This document shows, in pieces, positions 40,791-58,260 of a stretch of 64,000 nucleotides of DNA (position 1 is its first letter; the number at the start of each line of letters is the position of its first letter). Source of the DNA: Octopus vulgaris (Eukaryota). The stretch covers positions 94,240,001 to 94,304,000 of the forward strand of contig OX597815.1 of the NCBI GenBank assembly GCA_951406725.2. The letters are read 5' to 3'. Both the position numbers and the translations under genes were made by a program. Below the pieces are notes generated by a model, which worked only from the letters and a program-made list of their open reading frames with translations, had not been told where the DNA came from and did not search any database.

Positions 40791-42222
40791 ATATATACAT
40801 AACTTATACATTCACACATATATACTTGCACAAGTATACACGCACATATATGAGCATCATGCATTCCCACAGACATGAACATACACACATACACATGCAC
40901 ATACATACATATATGTATATGTGTGTGTGTGTGTGTGTGTAAGTATATATATTTATGTATATATATATACACATATATATAATATTATATATATATATAT
41001 ATATATACACACATGTGCATATATATTATATATAAACGCATATATACACATGTACACACATATATCACACACGTGTGTATGTGTACATATCCATATGTAT
41101 GTATGCATATATACTTTGTACAAACATGCATTATATGTATACATACGCACTGTACTCACACATACACGTACATGCATAAAACATAAATACACATATACAT
41201 CCTTACATATCTTGTTCCATGCATTCTTATATATAAATGCATATGTAATAGAAATAGAGATGCCATTCTATGAGATTTCCTGATAACTGCATTTCACAAA
41301 GAACAGAAGTTTAGCCAAAGATAAGGATAGAGTCAAAGCAATCTGATTGGTTGATTTTCATTCGCTGGCTGATTTATCTTAAATATAGTAGACAACAAAT
41401 ACAGTCTCCGGGACATTCTCGTTATATAGAATTCTTCTTATATAAAAGCAAAAATTTGTGCTCCAAATATATTTAATAACATTGTTTTTGCTTTAGTTGT
41501 TTTTATTTTTGTTTTTGTTATTGTTGTTGTGGTTGTTGTTGTTGCTGTTGCTGTTTCACCTATATCCCAACCTTGAGCGAGGAGACCAGTAACCACACCC
41601 AACGGTACATTTAGGTCGTAAATACTCTGTACTTGTTTTTAGAGGATATCTGTCATTTTTAAGGTATAAAAAAATGACTACTTTTCTTTGTTTTTGAGTA
41701 TCTGCAATGTAATTTGTTGGGATTCTGCAAAGAATAATTTAAATAAATCTGAAATAAACGACATACGTACATACATATATATATATAAATATATACATAT
41801 ATAATGTACACACACACATACATGCATGCATGCATGCATACATACATACATAAATACATACATACATACATACATACATACATACATACATACATACATA
41901 CATACATACATACATACACACACATACACTTTTGTAGTGTAATGTACGGTTTCATAGAATCGTGTGTCTACCACAGAAATCTCCTCTAACGGACTCAGTT
42001 AACAATATTATTGTGTTATGCATATTAGTGCAGACATGTAAACAATTTATTATACTCTGAAATTATTATTACAAGACGGCTGCGAAACGGCCGTAATCCT
42101 AAGGATGAAAAGAGGTTAAGTAAATATACGCACTTTTCATATCTCCTGACATTTTATGGTTTATATATTTATACATACATATATAAAAAGACAAAAAACG
42201 GAAAAAATGAGACACCTTTATA

Positions 42223-42665
42223 TACAGGGGTTGGACAAAATAATGGAAACACCTAGCATCATAGCATCATAATTTTGAAATATCTATAGTAACGTCAAAA
42301 GCTTGCTTATTTTTATGTTTTTGATTTATTATTAGTGTTGCTTAATATGTTTTGATAAAATTTCTGTTTCTTTTCAGATATCACCAGAAAAAGGTAATTA
42401 AAATTCATTAAAATGACAGATCTATCGGACTTTCAAAGAGGTCAAATTGTTGGTGCTCATATGGCAGGTGCTAGTGTAACGAAAACAGCCGAAAAGTTTT
42501 GATGTATCAAGAAGTACTGTCTCGAAAGTAATGACAGCTTTGTGATAGAGGGAAAAACCTCCACAAAATTCCGGAAGAAAACTGAAACTTTCAAGTAGAG
42601 ACAGTCGGACTCTTACGCGAATTTTTAGAAAGGATCACAAAAGTACAGCTCCCAAAATTACTACA
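42223..42665 (+). mobile_element. Tc1-family transposon 5' end (TIR + transposase N-terminus)
   Basis: TA-CAGGGGTTGGACAAAATAATGGAAACACC. ATG at 42413: MTDLSDFQRGQIVGAHMAGASVTKTAE..VSRSTVSKVM..SGRKLKLSSRDSRTLTRI. Confidence 0.9.
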
Positions 42666-42668
42666 CAT

Positions 42669-42716
<48 letters not shown>

Positions 42717-43240
42717 CACGTCAAGGTCACCAGCCCCTTTTCATACGCACATACATGATCTCACATACACACGAACGCACACCTTCATTTTGGGATCACC
42801 ATTACTTTATTATCGCTCCTTCTTCCTAGCTCCCCTGTGTGACCCCTCTGTCCGGCATTCACCATGATAGACCGCTAGCCACTAAACCTTTTCTATTTTC
42901 TTTCCCTGTTTATTTCTGTGTTCCTTTTTGTCGAAGAGCGTAGGCTCGAAATGTAAAAGGCTTTCTCACTTCCCGAGTGTTAAACTAATACATCTGTTTG
43001 TTGATTACACACCCGTGTTCGTCTTTTTTTTTTGTAAATTCTCACTATATATATATATATATACACTCATTCGCATAGAACCATACATAGATACATTCAT
43101 ATTTGCGTCGTACATCGTACATACATATTGGCCATTTGCTTTTTAAGAAATAATTTGAGAGATTTGCCTGCTATTTCTTGCAATTTCATCTTCCTCTTTT
43201 TATTTTTTCTCTCTTGCTCTTGTTGTTTGTGTGTGTGTGT

Positions 43241-43300
<60 letters not shown>

Positions 43301-43309
43301 ATGTATCAA

Positions 43310-45360
<2,051 letters not shown>

Positions 45361-45567
45361 GATTACGGTGTTTCTAGCAGTTGTAGACTCTAAATTGAAA
45401 CCAATGGATTTTGTTAAAAGAAATGATAACGAATTTAACACCAAAATGAACAGAATTACAAGAAATCTATCTCTTTTGGTATGTATGTATGTATGTATGT
45501 ATGTATGTATGTATGTATGTATGCATGTATGTTTGTATGTATGTATGTATGTATGTATGTATGTATG

Positions 45568-45626
<59 letters not shown>

Positions 45627-45627
45627 T

Positions 45628-45660
<33 letters not shown>

Positions 45661-46199
45661 ATGAATGTATATAAGTATGTAAGTAAATATGTATGTACGC
45701 ATGTATGTATGTATGTATGCATGTATGTATGTATGTATGTATGTATGTATGTATGTATGTATGTATGTATGTATGTATGTATGTATGTATGTATCTATCT
45801 ATATATCTATCAATGTATGAATGGAAGTATATATATATATGTATGTACCTTATACGTAGAAGCGACGACTGACTTCTCAAGAGAGTCTTCTAATCTGAAC
45901 TTTAAACGAGAGATTGATGACAAGAAAGACAAATGAAGAGCTATAGATATTATTGTCTCCTACAGCCGATTCAATAAGAACTGGCAAAAAACAAAAAAAA
46001 CTACAAAACAAAAAGAAAACTCTCATCATGGCCAGTAGTTTAAAAATAGTTCAAATACATTGACTTACAAGAAAAAAAGCAGATGAAATTTAACCTGTAT
46101 TACGTAATATCGGCAACAAACATTAACCTCCGCCACAACCATGTATATATGTCGCATATGTGCTAGAATATGCTGGTGTTGAATCGGTTTCTACAGAAA

Positions 46200-46249
<50 letters not shown>

Positions 46250-47134
46250 GAGTAAACAACAAAGACGAAAGCGAAGAAAAATGAGATTAGGGAGAAATAG
46301 AATTACTGAAATTAAATGAAGTAAAATTTCTTCGGAAGTTTTCCTACCAGTAGAAGATGAAGTTAACCATTAATGATTTGCAAGGCAGCTTGATTAGAAA
46401 TTTTGCTTATTGAAAGTTCCTGAAAAAAGAAATGCGCAGTTGTTTCAATATATCTTTGTATTATGTAAAATTCTAAATCATGTATAATTCATAATAGAAT
46501 ATGCTAAGACATTATGTATGAATTTTTTAATGAGTCGGAGTTCTCTCGATTTTGGGTGAAGCATACATAATACATAAATACATGTATACATACATATGTG
46601 TGGATAGACACACACATATATATATATGCACGCATACATACACACATACATATATATATATGTGTATGTTTGATACATGTACCTGTATGTATTATCAATA
46701 TCTGTATGTAAATATTATTGATTGCGTGTGTATGACAGTATGTCGATCGGGGAACGTGTTTAAAATGCACACAAAGAAGCGGTGTTTGCATAATTTATTA
46801 AAATTTGAAGCTTGTGGTTTTTGTGCAGTCGTTAAGTGTAATGATCTAAGAAGTTTCTGCTTGTAATATGAAGGGCAAAAACAATAAAACAGTATCACCA
46901 TAAAGATGATGATGAAGATGATGATGATGATGACGACGATGATGATAATGAAAATAAAAATATAATCATACATACACACGCACATGCACACACACGTGCA
47001 CATCATCCTATACACATATGCCTTTGTCTGTCCTTTGCTCACTCACTCTCTCTCTCTGTATAATCATACACATACAAACGCGCACACACATATATAAACG
47101 TTCGTAAATGCCTTAAATACGTACATACACTCAT

Positions 47135-47329
47135 TCCTTTTATTCTTTTATTCTTTTACTTGTTTCAGTCATTTGACTGTGGCCACACAGGAGCACTGCC
47201 TTTTGTCGAACACATCGACCCCAGAACTTATTCTTTGTAATCTTGGTACTTATTCTATCGGTATATTTTGCAGAACCGTTATGGGGACATAAACACACCA
47301 GCATCGGTTATCAAGCGATTGTGAGTGGC

Positions 47330-47404
<75 letters not shown>

Positions 47405-47562
47405 ACACACACACACATATACGACAGCCTTCTTTCAGTTTTCATCTACCAAATCCACTCACAAGGCTTTGGTCGGCGCGAGGCTATAGTAGAGGACCCA
47501 AAGTGTCATGCAGTTGGATTGAACCCGGAACCATGTAGCAAACTTTTTATCACACAGCCATA
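47135..47562 (-). mobile_element. SINE family A
   Basis: Family motifs with internal (CA)n. Confidence 0.85.
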
Positions 47563-47597
47563 TATGTGTATCTCTCTCTCACTCTCTCTCTCTCTCA

Positions 47598-47636
<39 letters not shown>

Positions 47637-47680
47637 ACACATATACAGAAATAGGAAACATATACATATTTATATATACA

Positions 47681-47789
<109 letters not shown>

Positions 47790-48440
47790 TACATATATTC
47801 AGAAATAGGAAACTTTATTTAAGCAAGAGAAATGCATTAATTTTCGGAATGATTTATAATATTATATAATTATGTTATCAAAACTTTATGATAAAAATGT
47901 ATCCTGTTTGAACAATTTATATTCTTGCTAAGCTTATCTTAACTGGCATTTGTTTTCTCAGAACAGTTTGCTGTTGGGGGTGGAATGAAAACAGCCATGA
48001 ATATGGTGCATTTGAATTATGATTACTGCTAAGGGATAGGGCAACAAGTGAAATTTTCTTCGAAGGAGAGGCCTGCCGGAAACACAAAATCTAACCTCTA
48101 TCTAACTCACTCGAATTTATGTTAGTTTATAAAATTCTTCAACTTTGTATTTTTATGAATCACAGACTACCACCCACATTCTTGTATATTTTTTAGCTCG
48201 TTATATGCAAAAAAGAAAGTTGAATACGTTTTTTTTAAACGTTGTTATAATGAATAATTTAATTCATGTGCTTTTAAGTTAAGTAACTTTTCGTTCACTG
48301 ATTTCCAAATTTACATCAACTGAGGGTATCTATATATACATACATGCATGCATGCATACATACATACATACATACATACATACATACATACATACATACA
48401 TACATACATACATACATACATACATACATACACACACACA

Positions 48441-49000
48441 TAAAAACGAATACTGGTGGGATGTACCGGTGAAGAGCTCAATAAAATGTAAGCACAACAG
48501 ACCTGATATAATGATTTGGGATAGAGAAGAGAAACCGTACACAGTTATGGAAATTAGCAGCCCAGCGGATCTCAACATAAAGCTGAAGATCAGTGAAAAA
48601 GAGAACATCTATGCTGAACTATTGAGAAATCTGCAGTTATTCTATCCAGATTACAAGGTCAGGTTTATACCTGTAATTATTGGGGTCCTTGGATATGTAA
48701 CACACTGCCTAAATACCAACCTTGAGAAATTAGGCTTCTCAAAACCAGAAATGAGAAAGCTAATTCGAAGTCAATCCATCACTGGAACTGTAAAAATCTG
48801 CAAAACTTTCCAGAAGTTTATCATTTAAATGTATATGAGCATGTCTAGATATGTAACTATAAGCATGAGAATACATACATACATACAAACGAAAATACCC
48901 TGTTGTTGATGTTGAAATTCCAGAGAAGGAGCCTTGAATCTGGGTCAGAAGCCGGTTTTTTTCCCTATTGGCAAGAAATCTTGAAATAAATTGAATAATG
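48441..49000 (+). mobile_element. 5'-truncated R4/Dong-like element: RLE domain + 3' UTR in (CATA)n
   Basis: EYWWDVPVKSSIKCKHNRPDIMIWDREEK..VMEISSPAD..KISEKENIY..FIPVIIGVLG..KICKTFQKF (PD-(D/E)xK type). (CATA)n on both sides. Confidence 0.88.
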
Positions 49001-49020
49001 ACATACATACATGCATACAT

Positions 49021-49340
49021 GTGAAACTACAAAGAAATTATATGTTCTGTTGTGGAAATCAGCTGCCCTCTGGACACCAATGTGGTTCGAAAAATACAAG
49101 AGAAAGAGGGTATCTATGAACCAGTGATAAGGAGTTTGCAAATCTAGTACCCAAAATACACTCTCAACTTCATCCCCATTATTATCGGAGCAAGAAGATA
49201 TATATCAACTCGTCTGGAGCAATGCATGGCTGAACTTAGGTATTTGGGAGAGAGAATGCAAATCCTTAATTCATGCTCTATGAATTCACGATATTTTGGA
49301 CTATAAAAATCTACAAGACCTTAAGATTTAAGGGATGGAT
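49021..49340 (+). mobile_element. Second, more diverged R4/Dong-like RLE fragment
   Basis: ICSVVEISCPLDTNVVRKIQEKEGIYEPVIRSLQI*YPKYTLNFIPIIIGA. Confidence 0.75.
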
Positions 49341-49464
49341 TTTAAAACAAGATACTGTCCTTCATAACCTTGCTACCAAATAGGTAGCCGGTCAAACCTT
49401 ACTCTAAATTAAAGAAAGAAAGAGAACATCTATCTATCTATTTGTCTGTCTGTCTCTCTCTCTC

Positions 49465-49525
<61 letters not shown>

Positions 49526-49899
49526 GGTGAGAGAGTTAGTGAGAGAAAGAGAGAGAGAGAGAGAGAGACATGCGTATATACATCCACAAACACACACATA
49601 CACATGGACGCAATGTTTCAGCCTAATTTACTCTACATATACACATACAAACTCGCACACATATACGTATGCAGAACAGCGCCCCTTCAAAATATGTAAG
49701 CAGTACTCCATAGGGAATTTTACTTTGTTGAGGGTCAGCGATTCACCGCAAATTTTTAACCAAATTTGCTCAAGGGCATTACCTTTGTGAATAACAATAA
49801 TAATTGTTTCTTTATTGACCATATAGGCATAATATCTGATACAAAACATTGTCATACAGAAAAGGCAAAGATGTAATCCAAAATAGAAATCAAGTTTTA

Positions 49900-50345
49900 T
49901 ATATATATAAGAATTTTTTGCGTAATAAGATAAAAAACCAAGGCTGTATAGATTTTAGAGCATTTATAGATAGAAGGTCTTACAGCTGTTCCTAGGATAT
50001 TTATTAGTAATATCCCTCCATCGGAGATGGTGTGAGAGGGAAGTTAAGTCATAGTTAGTTTAGATGTGATACAAAATAGAGAGTGAGGTGAGGGAAAGAA
50101 AATAGATGCAAGATATCTATGGGTATTGAAGTTGTAAATCCATTTTATAGGCTTAATGGTATATATGTAACATTCCAATATCTTATGAGTACAGTCCAAA
50201 AGTCTAACAGAGTTTAAAATGAGTCCTTCCAAATATAGAGTTTATAAACAATATAAGATTCCTTTATGAGTAAGATCCAGCAGATTTTTAAACTTGGTCA
50301 TTCCCAGTAGAGAATTTATATACAGTGTTGTAGAGTCAAAGGTTT
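49900..50345 (-). repeat. Penelope-type 3' terminal fragment with degenerate HHR-like motif (49977-50027)
   Basis: TCT-CCGATGG-AGGGATATT..AATATCCTA-GGAACAGCTGTA/AGA; between (TA)n tracts. Confidence 0.4.
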
Positions 50346-50348
50346 GTG

Positions 50349-50379
<31 letters not shown>

Positions 50380-52745
50380 TCAACAGGCCCGACCATGCAT
50401 GGGAGAGAAATCGCCAATCGCCAACCAGAGAAAATTAGGATACTCTAGGATTTCAGGTCTGGATACTATGCAATATACAAATATAAACCTTGGTATTTCA
50501 GAAGTTAGATGTAGGTATCTTCGGTTTTGAGCAAATTGCCAAACCCCTCACATATTCTTGGCTATAATCTACAATATGTTACATTAAAAAACGCTTAATT
50601 GAACACGGCGTAGTTTTCACTTTCAATCTATCATTTTGATATTTAGAGAGTATGCCTTTATCTCCTTCTCAGGATTTACCTTATTTAGCAGCTTCATTAA
50701 GTTCCCACTCTTTTTTAGTAGTTCTGCAATATCCTCATCGGCTATACCTGCAGCGTCAACTGTTGGTTTTGAGAAGGCATCGGCATTAACAGCTGCATTT
50801 ATTTTGCTTCTTGCTGTCCACACACCAGCAGTCTGCTGCTGATTCCATTACGGCTCTTTACTCCATCTTCCTAATTTTTTTACTTCTCTAATCTGCGTAA
50901 AAGATGCTCAGGTGATGCTCCTTTTCACTGCCTCAGTGGAATATACATCAGGGTTTTTTGTTCTTCGTGCCATGGAAACGATGACGAGCTAAGGAGTTAC
51001 ATAAGCATCTATTCCTCATGTTCTGATCCTCGTCTTTCTCTTGTTTACACTGGGGCACCATTATTCTCGAGAAAAGTAGAACCTTCTCTTATGCACAGGT
51101 TTATTTCTTGTAGTTGGCTAACATATCGTACTCCATTGTGCTCTGCAAGTTCAGTAAAAGATGCCCTCTTTCAACCTGTTGACGTTGGTACTTTCTTTAT
51201 TGTGTTTTTATAGCGCACTTTAAGTTTCAACTATTTTTGTGCTCTTTTAATCTTCGCATATGCGCAGTTTGTCTTCTCTCAAAATTCAAGGTACACGTCA
51301 AGATGCGGCTACTTTATGATCGAATATAAAGAGCTGGTGAAGGAAACAACTTTCGCAGCATCATGATGCATGTTCAGATATCCGGGAGAATATCCTGGTA
51401 AACTCCCAATGCTTCCAATGATGTCAAGGAGTTGATAAATTGTTCAACAGCAATTCTTATGTATGTGTTTGCACATTTTCCTCATATTTTCTGGCGTTTT
51501 GCTAGTAATTGGTTGCTCTAAAGGTTAATCATCTTGAACCGATATATAATTTGCCTTGAAATGCACGTATCATTCAAAAGCTTCGATTTAACCTAAAGTT
51601 CGTTCAACAAATGCCCGACGAAGTATTTTGAAGATCTCGGTCGATTAGCTGATCGTCCTGCTGTGCAGTGAAACTTTTGATTACATCTGTGAGAATTCGT
51701 GAATGTGCCTTGGTCAAGACATAACCTGACTACAATACACACAGACACACGTATACAAAAACACATCCAATGACACGTTGTTGACTATTGTAAAAATCAT
51801 TTTAACACGACATTTCAACGGATCGCATAATAATTGAGAAAGGCTAGGTAGCAAGAAGAAAAATTGTTGGCCGATTCATTAGGCTGCTTACCAATGATCA
51901 TCTGCCGTGCATCAAAACTTACCGGTAACATATGTGTGTGATGTAGAAGGACATAGCCTGACCATAATACACACGCTCCCACACTTATACACAGACGAAC
52001 ACACACATAAAGTCCTATACTATACAAAACATATTTTCCAAGCAAACAAAACACTTTAATCAGTTTAAGAGAAAACTCTGGATAAATATTGAAAAGTGCA
52101 ATTTTGGAAAGGACACAACCACGTAAAAAGACCCCAGTGCCTGACTACTACTTTATTACATCGACTGTAAAGACCGTAAAGATATGCAAATAAATATCGC
52201 AACGCGTTTCATCCGATGCTCTACTGATTCTGAACAATCCATCACTTTCATCCAGTCTCAAGGACACATCAATAAAATATAATTTGCTACTATAATAGGA
52301 AATCGGTCCTGGCAGGATTTCAACTCAGAACCTAAAGGAACATGACTAAATACCACAATATACTGATTATACTAATCCACAACCTTTGTTTTCTCGATGA
52401 TATCGGTATTATTGCGTCTATTTTCCAAACGATTGACCTCTGTTGTTTTGTGATAATTGGAGTATCTTATATACTTTCTACAAAGGTACTTCGACTTTCA
52501 TTTTCCAGCCATATCTTTTTCCGTCTGATCATTAATGCATTTGACAAATAAATTACCGGACTGTGTTATTACTGATATCAAAATTTTCTTTGTGCACATT
52601 TTCAGGAAGATCATGCGGAAGCAATTTGGATCGACGGAAAAAAATACGGTGATAGATCTTCAATGGCACATCGCCCTCACTTTGCACTGGTACAAAAGCA
52701 CGCACCTAAGAATAATATCGTCTAAGTATGTGTGTGTGTGCGCGC

Positions 52746-52800
<55 letters not shown>

Positions 52801-52805
52801 TATAT

Positions 52806-52856
<51 letters not shown>

Positions 52857-53769
52857 AGCGTGTGTGTGTGTGTGTGTGGGTGTTTGTGTCTGTGTTTGTG
52901 TATGCATGTGTATTTCTGTGCACACACGTTTTATAGAGTTAACGATATGAAAACTATTCAAATTTCCAGAACCTCAATCAGAACCTAACTATCGTGCAGT
53001 ATAGTGGAAAATTCATAAATAAAATATCTATAAGATTAATTGAATTCCAAATGCTTGGATAATGCAAGGAAAACAGATGCTGCTGGATAAAGAATTAAGT
53101 AGTAGTTGTATGCCAAACATCTTTGATACTTAGGAATATTCTTGACAAGACAAATAAGAAAAAAAAAATACAAATAAATTCATGTGACAGGTTTTGTAAG
53201 GGTGAGATGTAGTCTACTGAATATCTCACAGTGTATCACTGGTACATATTTAAATACTTCCGGAAAGATGAATATCAATATGGATTTTAGAAGTGTTTTA
53301 ACACGAGTCATATTTCTTTATTAAATGGAAAAGGGATGACCGCTCATTACCTTCGCAGTCTCTTCAAGACTGAAGTAGCTGATGTTCTAAGTAAAGTCAG
53401 AAGGTTACCGAAACAATGTCACATGGAGCTGGGTAGTGGGTCAATATTCTTTTTACACACAAAGGCTTTTTGTGAAAAAGAAAAAAAAATTGGGATTTTG
53501 TTGTTATGGCTGTTTGGAACGCTGTAAGACTTACAATAATGACTATCCGGACCGATTTTGACCATTTGTTTCAACTTAAAAACCATGGTAGGAACTTTTC
53601 CGGTAAAAAAAAAACCAGATTGGAAATATTTTCAGAGAAAAAGGGAACAATTCAAGGGACGTTTGGCTGTTGTTTCTAGCCCCCCCCCCCGTTTCCATTC
53701 TCACATGTATTGATGTTTTTTCAATATTTTTCTCCCATTAAACACATTTTATGGAATGATGATGCCGAA

Positions 53770-54260
53770 GTAACACACGCGTAGTCCATTGATGAAATAC
53801 CAGAAGCCCTGGTATCGGGTTGGACATCGTGCTATGGCATCCCTACCACGATCATCATTGACCGTGGTAGGCAATTCGAATCGCAGCTCTTCCATGAGCT
53901 TTCGAAATTCTAGTTGCGCGCTGCATTCGGACTACTAGTCACTATCCAGCTTCAAATGGTATGGTGGAACGCTTTCACCGCCAATGGAAGTCTGCGATGC
54001 GTGCTTATCCTGACCAACGTCGATGGAGCGAGTATCTACTCATTATTCTTCACGGCTGCCTTTCAGCAGTCAAGGAGGATCTTGAATACTCTCCAGTGGA
54101 GTTGTTTTACGAATGACTCTGTGCGGATTCCCTTCACATCACCATACACAAGGCCTTACCGTGTCCTTTCCAAAACAAATAAACTTTTGACATAGGCATT
54201 AATGGGAGAAAAGAAACTGTGTCAACTGACAGAGTTAAACGGGCCTTTACAAACACTCTT
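53770..54260 (+). mobile_element. Gypsy/Ty3 LTR retrotransposon integrase fragment
   Basis: ALVSGWTSCYGIPTTIIIDRGRQFESQLFHEL..RTTSHYPASNGMVERFHRQWKSA; PYTRPYRVL..INGRKETVSTDRVKRA. Confidence 0.88.
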
Positions 54261-55269
54261 ACACCAGAGGCATAATGGTATATGCTCACCTCACATACAC
54301 TGTTCACCACGGAACACATGCTACACTTTCGCATTCACCACCTTCACAATTGCACACACCTTCTACATATGTCACTACGACTTGCAGTGGTAGTCGTGTA
54401 CAATGACCCGCTAAGCTTTGCAAGACTATCTATATCTGAACTGGATGATATAGAGCAAACTGTGAACTTGTCTCAGAGCATTGACTTACCTTTTGTGCAT
54501 ATTTTCATTTTGCTTTGCATGTATTTATTTTTTTACCTAGCTGTATTTGTTCTTTTTCAGCATTTTGCCTTTTTCCTTTTGTATTTATGTGTCATCTTCC
54601 GGAATGTTTTCTCCTTTATGTTGATCGCCCTTTCGGTCTGAGCAGGGGTTCATGTAGGAGCACTATTTCCCTTTGGCGGAACTGTTATCCATCTATTCGT
54701 GATTTTTTTAGGGTAGCCAACCGCCTTGCGCATAGATACACACTGCTGCCTGTCACTAGAGGCATAAAGTTTTTCATCAGTTCCAGTCACGCCTTGGGAG
54801 AAGTAAGACGTATTGTTATGTCTCCATCTGAACTCAACATCATGTAGAAATATCTAATGGAGAAACATTCTATAATTTATTACCGGGTTATGAGACTGTT
54901 CGAACATTTATCATGTTCCATATTTTTATACTATGAAGTAACTATAAGTGCTATATTTTTAATATGCTGCATACATCTCATTTGGATTTGTAACCTTATG
55001 ACAAGGCGCCTGAACATTCCTTCTATTCAGCTAGGACATTGTTATGCCCTATCTCTGAATGCTATGCACGGTATACCGGCAAGCAAGCATCGATTTAATT
55101 CTATCACCAATTCCTCTTCCAATAAATTATTATTGTTCTGTTAAGCCTTCTGAACGTTGTCCATTATTCTCATCTACATGGAATTATAATTATTCTATTA
55201 CCGCTATCATAAAACCTCAGATATTTTGGTGCCTATTCCACTAAATACTAATGCAACCACAGATACATA

Positions 55270-55678
55270 TCTTTTACTTGTTTTAGTCATTGGGCTGCGG
55301 TCATGCTGGGGTGCCGCCTTGAAGTACTTAGTCGAACATATCGCCCACAGTACTTATTCTATCGGGTTCTTTTACAGAAACGCTAAGTTACAGGGACGTA
55401 AGCAAACCAACGCAGATTTTCAGGTGGTGTGGGGAAAACACAAACACACGCATACATACATACACATGCATACATGTATATGTACACATACATACAAATG
55501 AACACATGCAAATACATACATATATTAATACGATGGGCTTACTGAGTTTCCATCTAAAAATTCACTCATGATGCAGCCCTTAATTAAAGTAGAAGACATA
55601 TACCCAAGGTGCTGTACAAGGGACTGAACCCGAAACCATGTAATCAAGCTTCTTAACCACACAGCTATGCTCGCGCCC
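55270..55678 (-). mobile_element. SINE family A (diverged)
   Basis: Family motifs. Confidence 0.75.
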
Positions 55679-56997
55679 TATACAGTTACTTAATTTCGTA
55701 TCCTGGTTTCAACCATAACTGCAGAATGGATAAACCAACATCATTAATAATAAAGAAATACGCATCTAAAATAACATCTAAATATAATAATTTCCTTTCA
55801 GATTTCTAAATTTGTTTATTTCCCCAACATTATTAAATTTCATAAATAATTCGGGGGAACAAATAAGAATAAGAATTGTTGCAAGAAAGAATTATGATTA
55901 AAATCCCTCCAACCGAAACGAAAAACAAACGGTGAAAAAAAAAAAAAAAAGAATCGAAGAACAAAAAAAAAAAAACGGGAATAAGAATAGCAGCAACAAC
56001 AAAAGCAGCAGCAGCTATGACAACAACAGCAACTACAACCAACCAAGCTAATTCTTTGTACTCTGCAGCAACCACAAAAAATACTGACAGAGCGAAAGCC
56101 CTAACAATCTTATATCCCACCATAAATTCTATAAATAAGCTTTTAGGATATCCAAAACGTTTTGCAAAGTTATCGAGAGGAATGTTCGTATTACAGATGT
56201 GGACTCCAAGACCATAGAGTTTATGATAACCAACAGCGCCTACCGATAGGCTATACAGTAGCTGAAATCTGAGAAGGTCAATAAAATGCATGTATTTATA
56301 ACTTAACCGAGTATTTTAGATATAGAATAGAATTGGTTTTGGGTGAATATGAAATGAATAAAAGGAATATGGTAGAAGAGGTCAACACGACAATCTAAGA
56401 ATACAAATGCTTTCAAATCTTGGAAATGAAGAGGGATGGAATTACATACATACAAACATGCACACGTACATGCATACATACGTATATACTTAGATACATA
56501 TTCACATACATAGAAGCATACATGGATACATACAAACATACATACATACGTACGTACATGCATACATAAATACATACATAAATCAACATACATGTATGTA
56601 TGCATATGTAATTATATATTGTAACTGATTAAATACATTTCTTTATTTGAGGCTGATACTTTTTGTCGTCAGTCATAACTGGGCGTGTATTACTCACCAA
56701 TCGTTATATGTATGAGATGCACATAAATCAGAGTAAGGTTGAAAAAAAGGTCCTATCAAATTAAAATGCATAAATTCTCTCCCAGTTATTAAGTACTTTT
56801 TTCATCTCGGTTGTCACTTTAAGTTTGTGTGTGTGTGTGTGTGTATACAGTTTGATTTTTGGGCGTACATATATATGTATACCCCAAAATCAAACTTATT
56901 ACTCTTTTACTCTTTTACTTGTTTCAATCATTTGACTGCGGCCATGCTGGAGCACCGCCTTTAGTCGAGCAACTCGACCCCGGGACTTATTGAATAC

Positions 56998-57041
<44 letters not shown>

Positions 57042-58138
57042 TACACACATGCGTACACATGTATACATGTAAAAATACGTATCTATATATAAACGCACAT
57101 ACGATATGTATGTATATAAATATGTATATATGTATGTGTATATATATATGTATGTGTATATATATGTATGTATATACTTGTATGTATGTATATATACATA
57201 TATATATTTCTGTAAGAGTTAGATGTTGGGAAGCCAACCAACTAAGGGATAGTACCTAGCCAAAATACTGCTGGTAGTGTGCCCAATTATTAATACCCAA
57301 GTGCTGGTTATTGTGTGGCAATTTCGCAGTCGAGTGTCATATATGGGCGGGGGTAAAAATGGTTTACCCTTAATTTATACGACAAAAAGAAAATGCAGGG
57401 GATACAAAAATGACATACTGCACACAAGGATTCAGGGACTTATTGATCGAAAAAATAACAAACACGAACACCGTATTTTGGTCACCACCTGGTGTCATAC
57501 TTTCTTTAGTACCAACTGACATCCTACATATAAACTTCCATCTCTGAAACACGGACCATACTTTCAAACCCAACGCTGTAAACACAATAAGAATCACTGC
57601 CTAAATTTACCCTTCCTAAAAACTCATCCTTAGAACGAATATACCTACCTATTCACCACTGGACAAAATAACATGAATCTTGGAAGGTAACACTTGAAGT
57701 CTATGACTTATTTCCCCTTTCCTATACCTCATCCATTTTACTAAATTTTACTCCTCTCACACTCTAAGTCTCGCTCCTATTCTCCTTATGCCCTCTTTAA
57801 AAAATACTGTACCTGTTAGTAACTGACTCTTGTGTGTATCGGCTCTCCTAATCATTTAGACCCTCTGATGAAACCTAGAGGCACACTCAACACCCAAACT
57901 CTATCTACCCATCCCTACAGAACACTGAAGAGATGGATAGAGCATGGAGGATATCGTGGCCTATTGGCAGAATCTTTTACTCTTTTATGTATTACTAGTA
58001 TATATTTGTATAGCACACAATCTTTGCATGCGTATGTATTCTTATAATAATCCATTTTGTTTTGGAATTAAAAAACATAAAAGAATGTCTACCGGTTGAT
58101 GTATGTCATTTTTGTATCCCCTCCATTTTCTTTTTGCC

Positions 58139-58187
<49 letters not shown>

Positions 58188-58209
58188 CATGCGCACAAAC
58201 ATATTTCTC

Positions 58210-58257
<48 letters not shown>

Positions 58258-58260
<3 letters not shown>

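Noticed and set aside
50400-51290. Minus-strand ORF WTARSKINAAVNADAFSKP... as a host exon
   Set aside because: Surrounded by stops and frameshifts. It may be a decayed LINE ORF1, but I cannot assign it.
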